A DNA stretch of 14,398 nucleotides from Myxococcota bacterium (GTDB taxonomy: Bacteria; Myxococcota; JACRCW01). A model generated the notes under the pieces. That model ran no database searches. It saw nothing but the letters and a program-made list of their open reading frames with translations, and was not told the DNA's origin. The stretch lies in contig JBFMGU010000266.1 in NCBI GenBank assembly GCA_040752415.1, forward strand, positions 1-14,398, in the 5' to 3' direction. Shown piece after piece: positions 1-7,126 of the stretch; within the stretch, counting starts at the first letter, position 1; the number at the start of each line of letters is the position of its first letter. The position numbers and the translations under genes were made by a program.

Positions 1-269
1 GCGGGCGGCGCGGAGGGCGCCGGGGTGGACGGCGCGGCGAACGGGTTGGCCGCCGCGGCGCCAAACGGCGCGGGCATGGGGCTGGAGAACGGATCCGCGG
101 CCCAGGGGGCGGGCGCTGCCGCCGGCGCCGGGCCCAGGGTCTCCTCGGGAGACGGCATCACCGAGAAGATGTGCGAGCACTTGGAGCAGCGCACCCGCAA
201 TCCCTGCGGCGTCAGCTTCTCATCCGCCACCCGGAAGCGCGTCTGGCACTTCTCGCAAGCCACGATCAT
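1..269 (-). CDS. MJ0042-type zinc-ribbon domain protein, 5' part only (runs off the window's left edge)
   Basis: Not in the ORF track because no stop lies in the window. Manual translation from ATG at 269 gives MIVACEKCQTRFRVADEKLTPQGLRVRCSKCSHIFSV, i.e. CxxC...VRCxxC typical of zinc_ribbon_4/5, followed by a Pro/Ala-rich linker (ADPFSSPMPAPFGAAAANPFAAP). Confidence 0.9.
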   Translation of the reverse strand, partial: MIVACEKCQTRFRVADEKLTPQGLRVRCSKCSHIFSVMPSPEETLGPAPAAAPAPWAADPFSSPMPAPFGAAAANPFAAPSTPAPSAPP

Positions 270-316
270 GGAGGCGTTTTCCGAAGACGTCCGAGGGAAC
301 AGCAGGTGGGCCCGTC

Positions 317-346
317 AGTCTAGGCCCCACCTTCAAGACGTTTCAA
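317..346 (-). promoter_or_regulatory. Putative sigma70-type promoter for the zinc-ribbon gene
   Basis: Minus strand TTGAAA (346-341), 18-nt spacer, TAGACT (322-317), about 50 nt upstream of ATG 269, in a relatively AT-rich intergenic region. Confidence 0.45.
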
Positions 347-385
347 GTTCCTCAACAACAGCATGGATTTAGGTCGCTTCCGGCC

Positions 386-414
386 TTGACAACCTCCGGG
401 GGGGACTCGATGGT
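386..414 (+). promoter_or_regulatory. Putative sigma70-type promoter for the PHA-regulator/patatin operon
   Basis: Perfect TTGACA at 386-391, 17-nt spacer, weak -10 GATGGT (409-414) that keeps the -11A and -7T. Confidence 0.4.
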
Positions 415-430
415 TGACCCGGTGCGTCAA
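414..430. promoter_or_regulatory. Inverted repeat TTGAC-N7-GTCAA, candidate operator
   Basis: ttgac ccggtgc gtcaa at 414-430, overlapping the expected transcription start of the promoter above. Confidence 0.3.
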
Positions 431-468
431 GCGCCGTCCTCGTCTCAGGCAGCGTCGTGGAGCCGTCC

Positions 469-1044
469 GTGAAGAAGGTCAAGCTCATCAAGCGGTACGC
501 CAACCGTAAGCTCTATGACACCCAGCGCTCCTGCTACGTCACCCTCGACGAGATCGCGCTGATGATCCGCCAGGGGGATGACGTCCGCATCGTCGACAAC
601 AAGACCAAGGAAGACCTCACCGCGGTCACCTTCGCGCAGATCATCTTCGAGAGTGAGAAGAAGGTCTCCCGCATGCCGCTCTCGCTGCTGCGCGGCCTCA
701 TCCAGAGCGGTGGCGGCGCGCTCAGTGACCTCGTCAACCGCGCGGTGAAGGAGCCGGTGCAGAACCTCACGGCGGAGGTGCAGAAGACCGTGGAGCGCGT
801 GGTGCACCGCGGGGAGGAGGCCCGGGAGGAGGCCCGCACCGCCGTGCGTGACATGATGCAGACCTCCGGCAGCGTCCTGGAGGAATGGCAGCGCCGGGTT
901 GACGACCGCGTGCACCGCGCTATGGGCACCCTGCAGCACCTCAGCAGCGTGGGCGCTGACCTGGGCGAGCTGAAGGCCCGGATGGACGTGCTGGAGAGGA
1001 AGCTGAGCAAGCATGAAAGGGACACTGGTGCCCGAAGAGGCTGA
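469..1044 (+). CDS. Polyhydroxyalkanoate synthesis regulator (PhaR-type) DNA-binding domain protein with phasin-like/coiled-coil C-terminus
   Basis: N-terminus IKRYANRKLYDTQRSCYVTLDEIALMIRQGDDVRIVDNKTKEDLTAVTFAQII matches the PHB_acc_N (PhaR N-terminal) signature. C-terminus is amphipathic/heptad (DLGELKARMDVLERKL). Start placed at GTG 469 (GGAG at 459-462, 6-nt spacing); GTG 457 is the alternative. Confidence 0.88.
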   Translation: MKKVKLIKRYANRKLYDTQRSCYVTLDEIALMIRQGDDVRIVDNKTKEDLTAVTFAQIIFESEKKVSRMPLSLLRGLIQSGGGALSDLVNRAVKEPVQNLTAEVQKTVERVVHRGEEAREEARTAVRDMMQTSGSVLEEWQRRVDDRVHRAMGTLQHLSSVGADLGELKARMDVLERKLSKHERDTGARRG

Positions 1045-2317
1045 TGCCGCCGCCGCTCCCCGCAAGGGTCGCACCGCCGTGGTGCTGGGCGGTGGGGGCA
1101 TCACCGGCGGGGTCTTCGAGCTTGGCGCCCTGCGTGCCCTGGATGCCGCGCTGGTGGGCAGCGGCGTGTGTGACGTGGACATCGTGGTGGGGGTCAGCTG
1201 TGGCGCCGTGATGGGCAGCCACATTGCCGCCGGCATTCGCCCCGACGCCCTCATGCAGTCCCTCGGCGGCCGCGGCCCCCTGGTCCCGCCCTTCGAGCGG
1301 GGACGTGTGCTCAAGCCGGATTGGCGGGAGCTGGGCAGGCGGGCGTCGCTGGTGCCCAAGCGTGTGCTGGATGCGCTGTGGCTGTACGCGCGCGGTCGCG
1401 GGGACATCAGCCTCCCCGACGCGCTCATGGGCCTGGGTGAGCTCATCCCCGCCGGCGTGCTCGACGGGGCGGGCCTGGAAGGTTTTGTCCACGACAACCT
1501 GGTGACCACCCCGTGCCGGGACCGCTTTGATGGCCTGACGCGCGAGCTGTACATCGTCGCCGTCGACGTGGACACCGGGCAGCGCGCCGTGTTCGGCAGC
1601 CATGACATGCGCGACATGCCCATCTCCAAGGCCGTGCGCGCCTCCGCCAGCTTCCCGCCCGCGCTCGCCCCCACGCGCATCAACGGCCGCGACTACGTCG
1701 ACGGGGGCGTGGAGAAGAACTACCACGTGGACATTGCCATCGCGGCGGGCGCGCGGCTCATCATCGTCGTCAATCCGTTCGTGCCGCTCATGAATGACCC
1801 GGCGCGCTTCGCGGTGCGGCTGATGAGCGGGCGGCAGGCGCGCATCGTCGACAAGGGCATGCCCGCGGTGGTGGACCAGACGCTGCGGATGATCATGAAC
1901 AGCCGGACCGCGGAGGACGTGGAGGAGCTGAGGCGCCGCCACCCCGACGTGGACATCCTCATGCTGGAGCCCGCCCCCGACGACTACGCCATGTTCTTCT
2001 ACAACGTGGCCCGCTTCTCGGCGCGCATCCACATTGCCCAGCACGGCTACGCCACCGCGCGCGCCCGCCTGCTGCGCAACTTCGACGAGCTGCGCGCCCT
2101 GTTCCGCCAGTACAACCTCACCCTCAGCCGCGACCTGCTGGACCGCGAGTACGAGGCCATTGAAGGCGCCGGGTTCAGCCTGGACGGCGTCATGCGCACG
2201 CTTGGTCACGTGCCCAGCTGGCGCCTGGCCACCACGTCGTCGGCGCCCTCCCGGCTCAACCCCGGTCGCGGCCCGGCGCGGCAGTCCACGTCATCCCCCG
2301 CGCGCACGCCGGCCTGA
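1013..2317 (+). CDS. Patatin-like phospholipase/esterase family protein
   Basis: Oxyanion loop LGGGGITG, nucleophile GxSxG (GVSCG), ASAS motif and catalytic DGG (YVDGG). Overlaps the upstream stop; alternative start GTG 1028. Confidence 0.92.
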   Translation: MKGTLVPEEADAAAAPRKGRTAVVLGGGGITGGVFELGALRALDAALVGSGVCDVDIVVGVSCGAVMGSHIAAGIRPDALMQSLGGRGPLVPPFERGRVLKPDWRELGRRASLVPKRVLDALWLYARGRGDISLPDALMGLGELIPAGVLDGAGLEGFVHDNLVTTPCRDRFDGLTRELYIVAVDVDTGQRAVFGSHDMRDMPISKAVRASASFPPALAPTRINGRDYVDGGVEKNYHVDIAIAAGARLIIVVNPFVPLMNDPARFAVRLMSGRQARIVDKGMPAVVDQTLRMIMNSRTAEDVEELRRRHPDVDILMLEPAPDDYAMFFYNVARFSARIHIAQHGYATARARLLRNFDELRALFRQYNLTLSRDLLDREYEAIEGAGFSLDGVMRTLGHVPSWRLATTSSAPSRLNPGRGPARQSTSSPARTPA

Positions 2318-3244
2318 TCGCGGCATGGCCGTGGTGGCCCCCAGGGCCGTGCACACCCGCGCCCCGCACCGGCAGCCCTCCCGCAGCGCCCGCGTCAGCA
2401 CGTCGTCATCCCAGTCCGTGGCGTGAGCCAGCACGCTGAGCAGGCCGGCCATGAACGCGTCGCCGGCGCCCGTGGTGTCCACCACCCGCACATCCGGCGA
2501 GGGGACCCGCACCACCCCGCCCTGCCCCAGCGCCATGGCGCCGCGCGGTCCCAGCGTGATCACCGCCAGCCGACCCGCGTGCGCGCGCATGCGCCGCAGC
2601 GCCCGCTCCAGGTTGCGCTCCCCCGTCAGCGCCGGCGCCTCGTCCTCATTGGCTTTCAGCACGTCCACGCCCGCGGAGGCGCGCCACACCGCCTTGGCAT
2701 TGGCCTCCAGGGAGGGCCACACGCCGGGGCGGAGGTTGACGTCGACACTCACGGGGACCCCGGCCCGGGCCGCCTGGGAGCGGAGCATGCGGATGGCCCG
2801 CCGTCCTCCGGGCGTGCGCAACGGCCCCGACGAGAAATGCAGCCAGCCCGCTCGCGTTGCCACGTCGGCGGGGAGGTGCTCCGGGGCAAGCGCGTTGTCG
2901 GCGCTGGCGTGTCGCACATGCAGGAACTGGCGTTCCCCTCCTCGGGAGACCGAGAGGAAGACCATGCCGGTGCGCTGCGGCACCCGCGCCAGGAGCCCGG
3001 TCTCCACCCCCTCGCGCCCAAGCTGGCGGATGAGCCAGTCGCCCAGGACGTCGGTGCCCACGGTGCCCAGCAGCGCCGTCGGGACGCCCAGCCGGGACAG
3101 CCCCACGGCGACGTTGGCCGGGCTCCCACCCTGGAGCGGCCTCAGGTGCTGCATCTCCACCAGGGGCGTGCCGGGCGGCCAGGCCGCCAGGTCCAGGAGC
3201 ACTTCTCCCACACTGAGCACGGGACGTTTTCTGGTGACGGGCAT
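2291..3244 (-). CDS. PfkB-family carbohydrate kinase (fructokinase-like)
   Basis: GEVLLD, GGSPANVAVGLSRLG, VGTDVLG, DVNLRP, KANEDE, VITLGPRGA, VVDTTGAGDAFMAG (both PfkB signatures). Start trimmed to ATG 3244 because the longer ORF overlaps the divergent gene. Confidence 0.93.
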   Translation of the reverse strand: MPVTRKRPVLSVGEVLLDLAAWPPGTPLVEMQHLRPLQGGSPANVAVGLSRLGVPTALLGTVGTDVLGDWLIRQLGREGVETGLLARVPQRTGMVFLSVSRGGERQFLHVRHASADNALAPEHLPADVATRAGWLHFSSGPLRTPGGRRAIRMLRSQAARAGVPVSVDVNLRPGVWPSLEANAKAVWRASAGVDVLKANEDEAPALTGERNLERALRRMRAHAGRLAVITLGPRGAMALGQGGVVRVPSPDVRVVDTTGAGDAFMAGLLSVLAHATDWDDDVLTRALREGCRCGARVCTALGATTAMPRSGRRARGG

Positions 3245-3262
3245 GGACGTGGTACCTAAGCT
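3234..3262 (+). promoter_or_regulatory. Putative sigma70-type promoter for the HEAT/HD-GYP operon
   Basis: GTGACG (3234-3239), 17-nt spacer, TAAGCT (3257-3262), then SD GGAGG (3272-3276) and ATG 3283. Confidence 0.4.
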
Positions 3263-3282
3263 TGTTCCCGCGGAGGCTCGCA

Positions 3283-5115
3283 ATGGCGCAACAGCAGGAT
3301 GTCTCACGGCTCTCCAACCGTACCCGCACCGCCATGGTGGACGGGAAGGAGGTGGATGCCGACAAGGCCGCGCAGATCCACGAGGTCAAGGAGGTCTTCG
3401 CCAAGCTGCAGAAGGCCATGAAGCAGATTGCCCTCTACCGCCACAACACGGAGCGCTACCGCGAATATCTCGAGGACACCTTCAGCGCCCTGGCGGACTT
3501 CCTCCAACGCCACGGCCAGCTGTCGCTGCGCGTCAACCCCACCAGCTACGCGTTCCACGGCACGGAGGTGATGACCGACGACAGCAAGGACAACAACCTC
3601 TGCTACCCGTTCTTCGCCAACGGCATCCGCATGCTCATGTTCAATGATGGGCTGACGCCGGATGAGCTGTTGCGCTTCCTCATGCTCCTGATGAGCAGCG
3701 ACGGCGGCGGCATGCGCAACAACGAGGACTTCGTCACCAAGCTGTGGAAGGCGGAGCTGAGCGCCATCCAGTACGTGGTGGTGGAAGGCTTCAAGGCGGT
3801 GGATGACGAGAACGCCGACGACGTCCAGATGGAAGTGGACAAGGTGGTGGCCTATCTCTACCGCCAGCTCCAGGGCAATTCCGACGACGTCATGCGCTTT
3901 GCCCGCGTGGACAGCGCCGACCTGGACCTCAAGTTGCAGGACGTGGACCAGGTGCGCGGTGCCATCATCTCCGGCATCACCGCCACGCCGCAGGACAAGG
4001 AGCGCATCCAGCGCGCGCTTGCCGACGAGGAGACCAACCGCCTCCTGCCCAAGATGGTGGTCATCCTGTTCCAGCTCATGGAGCTGTGCACGGATGAGAA
4101 GAACTTCGAGGACGTGGCGGAGGCCTACTTCCAGCTGCTGGACGCCATGCTCCTGGCGGAGCGCTACGACGTCATCCAGCAGATCCTGGAGCGCTTCAAG
4201 GTGACGCTGACCAAGAACCTGCGGCCGGAGGTGAAGCCGCTGGTGCAGCACGCGTATGAGCGCTTCATCCTGAAGATGGGTGAGCCGCAGCGCATCAACC
4301 AGATTGTGCAGGTGTTCAACGCGGGCCCGGTGAAGGACCCCGCGGGCGTGAAGGCGTACATGATGCAGCTCAGCGCCGACTCACTCCCGCCGCTGCTGGA
4401 CGCGCTGGAGCGCATTGAGGTGGCCAACAACCGCCGTCTCATGTGTGACGTGCTGGTGGACCTGGCCCGCGACTACCCCGACCAGGTGGCCAACCGCCTG
4501 CAGCACCCGTCCAGCCAGGTGGTCAAGGACATGATGTACATCCTCGACCAGATCAACCCACCCAACAAGCTCAAGTACATCGCCACGCTGCTGGAGCACA
4601 CCAACGTGGTGCTGCGGCTGGAGACCATCAACACGCTGGGTCGCAATCCCAGTGAGGAGACGCTGCCGCTCATCATCAAGTGCCTCAAGGGCAATGACTC
4701 GCAGATGCGCGCCGCCGCCGCGCGGGTGATGCACTTCTACGAGCCGGAGCGCGCCGCGCAGGAGCTGTTGCACCAGGCCAATCACCCGGACTTCGGCAAG
4801 CGTGACCGCAATGAGCAGCGCGCCATCTTCGGCGGCATTGCGCAGGTGGCGCATTCCAAGTGCCAGGCGTTCATCCAGGGCATCCTCCAGCAGAAGCCCA
4901 ACATGCTGAACAAGCGCAAGGTGGAGGACGCCAAGCTGCTGGTCATCGAGGGATTGGCCGGCAGCCCCTCCCTGCCCAACTTCCAGGCGCTGGCCACCGT
5001 GGCGCAGGACGCCACCCAGTCCCCGGAAATCCAGACCGCGGCGCGCAACGCGGCCCTGGAGATGAAGACCAGGTTGCTTGGCGCCCAGGCCGCCCAGCGC
5101 CCCGCCGCCGGCTGA
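3283..5115 (+). CDS. HEAT-repeat domain protein
   Basis: Long ORF with strong GC3 bias; GGAGG 6 nt before ATG 3283. C-terminal HEAT-like repeats (ANRLQHPSSQVVKDMMYIL; TLLEHTNVVLRLETINTLG; KCLKGNDSQMRAAAARVM). Uncharacterised N-terminal alpha/beta domain. Confidence 0.85.
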   Translation: MAQQQDVSRLSNRTRTAMVDGKEVDADKAAQIHEVKEVFAKLQKAMKQIALYRHNTERYREYLEDTFSALADFLQRHGQLSLRVNPTSYAFHGTEVMTDDSKDNNLCYPFFANGIRMLMFNDGLTPDELLRFLMLLMSSDGGGMRNNEDFVTKLWKAELSAIQYVVVEGFKAVDDENADDVQMEVDKVVAYLYRQLQGNSDDVMRFARVDSADLDLKLQDVDQVRGAIISGITATPQDKERIQRALADEETNRLLPKMVVILFQLMELCTDEKNFEDVAEAYFQLLDAMLLAERYDVIQQILERFKVTLTKNLRPEVKPLVQHAYERFILKMGEPQRINQIVQVFNAGPVKDPAGVKAYMMQLSADSLPPLLDALERIEVANNRRLMCDVLVDLARDYPDQVANRLQHPSSQVVKDMMYILDQINPPNKLKYIATLLEHTNVVLRLETINTLGRNPSEETLPLIIKCLKGNDSQMRAAAARVMHFYEPERAAQELLHQANHPDFGKRDRNEQRAIFGGIAQVAHSKCQAFIQGILQQKPNMLNKRKVEDAKLLVIEGLAGSPSLPNFQALATVAQDATQSPEIQTAARNAALEMKTRLLGAQAAQRPAAG

Positions 5116-5140
5116 ACCATTCCACCGTCAGGAGAAGACC

Positions 5141-6445
5141 GTGGCTGAAGAGAAGCAGATCGACACATCCGCGCCGCAGATGCAGGCGCAGAGCGGTCAC
5201 AGCGCCAAGATCTCCAAGCTGGGCCTCAACGCGGTGTCCACGCTCTACATGCTGGTGCGCAACGTGCGCCTGCATGACCCCACCAACGCCGTGTTCGAGA
5301 AGCCCTTTGCCGCGTTGCGCGACGCCATCAACACCATCGTGGCGGCGGAAGGCGCGTTCAACCTGCAGGCCGTGGGGACCATCGTCTACCTCAACGGCAA
5401 GCAGCTGCGCATGGACTTCAGCAGCCTGGACCACGTGAAGTTCCTGACCGAGGAGTTCAAGCGCAAGGACGTGGGCGGCTTTGGCGTCTCCCGTCCCGTC
5501 CAGCTCAAGGAGCTGCAGGACTTCATCTGGATCTTCAGTCGCGAGAACCAGGGCAACGCCGACGAGGACGGCGCCCAGGGACACAAGCTGGCCAACATCA
5601 AGGTCGGCAAGTTCGCCAAGATCAAGGAGCAGATCGAGAAGGACGAGGAGAACGAGATCGAGCGCGAGCGCAAGGTGGACCGCAAGAAGTACGCACTCAC
5701 CGTCTACGCGCGCGCCATCTACTTCATGACCAAGTTCCTGGAGCGCCTGCGGGAAGGCGGCACGCTGCCCAACATGAACAAGGCCGCGCGCGTCATGCAG
5801 GACCTGGTGGACATCTGCTTTGAGCAGAAGACCCACTTCCTGGGCATGAGCACCACGCGCTCCGTCGACGACTACCTGCAGTACCACTCCGTCAACACCG
5901 CGCTGCTGGCCATTGTCTTTGGCAGTGAGCTGGGCCTCTCCCGCGGGCAGCTGCATGAGCTGGCCATGTGCGCGCTCTTCCATGACATTGGCATGGCGGA
6001 GATTCCGCCGGAGGTGCTCAACAAGCGCAGCGGCCTCACCAAGGAGGAGCGCCGCCTCGTCGACATGTTCCCGCTGCTCACCGTGCGCACCATGCTGAAG
6101 GGCCGCTTGATGGACAGCTCCACCGTGAAGCGCATGGTGGCCGCCTATGAGTCCAAGGTGGACTACAGCCTCCCCATGAAGGAGCCCAACGGGAACATCA
6201 AGCTGATGCTTCCCAAGGTGGAGCTGGGCGTCTACGGCAAGATCATCGCCATCTGCGCCACCTACGACGCGCTCACCAGCGCCCGCCCCTTCCGCGAGGC
6301 CTACGGCCCGGAGGTGGCCATGACGCTGATGGTGGGCGACATGAAGTACAAGTTCGACCCCATCCTGCTGAAGGTCTTCATGAAGGTGATGGCCATCCAG
6401 CCCGTGAAGATGATGAAGAAGGGCACGGTCATCGAGGTGGGCTGA
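5141..6445 (+). CDS. HD-GYP-like domain protein with degenerate active site
   Basis: AGGAG at 5130-5134 before GTG 5141. Motifs YLQYHSVN, ALFHDIG, IPPEVLNK, LTKEE, IIAICATYDALTSARPFR, KFDP place it in the HD-GYP family; the HP, HHE and GYP elements are missing. Confidence 0.88.
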   Translation: MAEEKQIDTSAPQMQAQSGHSAKISKLGLNAVSTLYMLVRNVRLHDPTNAVFEKPFAALRDAINTIVAAEGAFNLQAVGTIVYLNGKQLRMDFSSLDHVKFLTEEFKRKDVGGFGVSRPVQLKELQDFIWIFSRENQGNADEDGAQGHKLANIKVGKFAKIKEQIEKDEENEIERERKVDRKKYALTVYARAIYFMTKFLERLREGGTLPNMNKAARVMQDLVDICFEQKTHFLGMSTTRSVDDYLQYHSVNTALLAIVFGSELGLSRGQLHELAMCALFHDIGMAEIPPEVLNKRSGLTKEERRLVDMFPLLTVRTMLKGRLMDSSTVKRMVAAYESKVDYSLPMKEPNGNIKLMLPKVELGVYGKIIAICATYDALTSARPFREAYGPEVAMTLMVGDMKYKFDPILLKVFMKVMAIQPVKMMKKGTVIEVG

Positions 6446-6466
6446 GCCCGCGCTCGTCGACAGACA

Positions 6467-7126
6467 CTACCAGGGCAGCCACATCCGCTTGGGCTTGAGG
6501 TCCGCGTAGACCACCTCCGGCGTCAGCTTGCGGTAGCGGTCCACGCGCAACCGCCGCAGCGCCAACTCTCCCATCACTGCCTGGAACCGCTCCGGGCCTT
6601 CCTTGCGCGCGCGGCTGGCCAGCACCTTCACCATGCGCCGCACCTCGCTGGGATGGAAGATCATGCCGCCGGTGAACTGCATGCCGCCGGGCAGCGGGAT
6701 GAGCCGCGCGTCAAAGATGTCCCCCGCCTCCACGCCGGCCGGCTTGCGACGCTCCACCACGTCGTGACGCTCCCGCGTCTGCAGGTCCCGCACGCGCAGG
6801 GAGCCCTCCTCCACGGCCTCCAGCGAGAACAGGCTGCGCCGCGTGCGCGTGAACGCCTCGAACACCGCGTGCTCCTCCGGGTCCAGCAAGGCGCCGTTCT
6901 CGTTGAGGAACTGCTGGGCGGGCGGGGGGCCGCCGCGCAGGGGGCGGTCGCAGAGGTACCAGTCCCCAAAAGCGTCCATCCACGCTTCAAAGTTGGGCTC
7001 GTCGTCACGGACCTCTCCCACCTGCTGGAAGAACTCCGCCTTGGCGGCGCGCAACTCCTCCATGCGTGCTCCCTGGGTGGCCCAGGTCATGAGCTTCTCA
7101 CGCGCGGCGGGATAGACTGGATTCAC
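6467..7126 (-). CDS. Hypothetical protein (resembles the uncharacterised domain seen in some SEC-C motif proteins)
   Basis: 219-aa ORF with GTG start and upstream GAGGA, overlapping the carA 3' end by 29 nt. Pattern FGDWYLCDRP..SLFSLEAV..LRVRDL..VVER..GDIFDARLIP..FTGG suggests a beta-barrel core. The family resemblance is from memory only. Confidence 0.75.
   Translation of the reverse strand: MNPVYPAAREKLMTWATQGARMEELRAAKAEFFQQVGEVRDDEPNFEAWMDAFGDWYLCDRPLRGGPPPAQQFLNENGALLDPEEHAVFEAFTRTRRSLFSLEAVEEGSLRVRDLQTRERHDVVERRKPAGVEAGDIFDARLIPLPGGMQFTGGMIFHPSEVRRMVKVLASRARKEGPERFQAVMGELALRRLRVDRYRKLTPEVVYADLKPKRMWLPW

Noticed and set aside
1013..2317. Patatin as an anti-phage effector (CBASS CapV-like)
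   Set aside because: No CD-NTase or other defence gene nearby; the context is a PhaR-like regulator and housekeeping genes.
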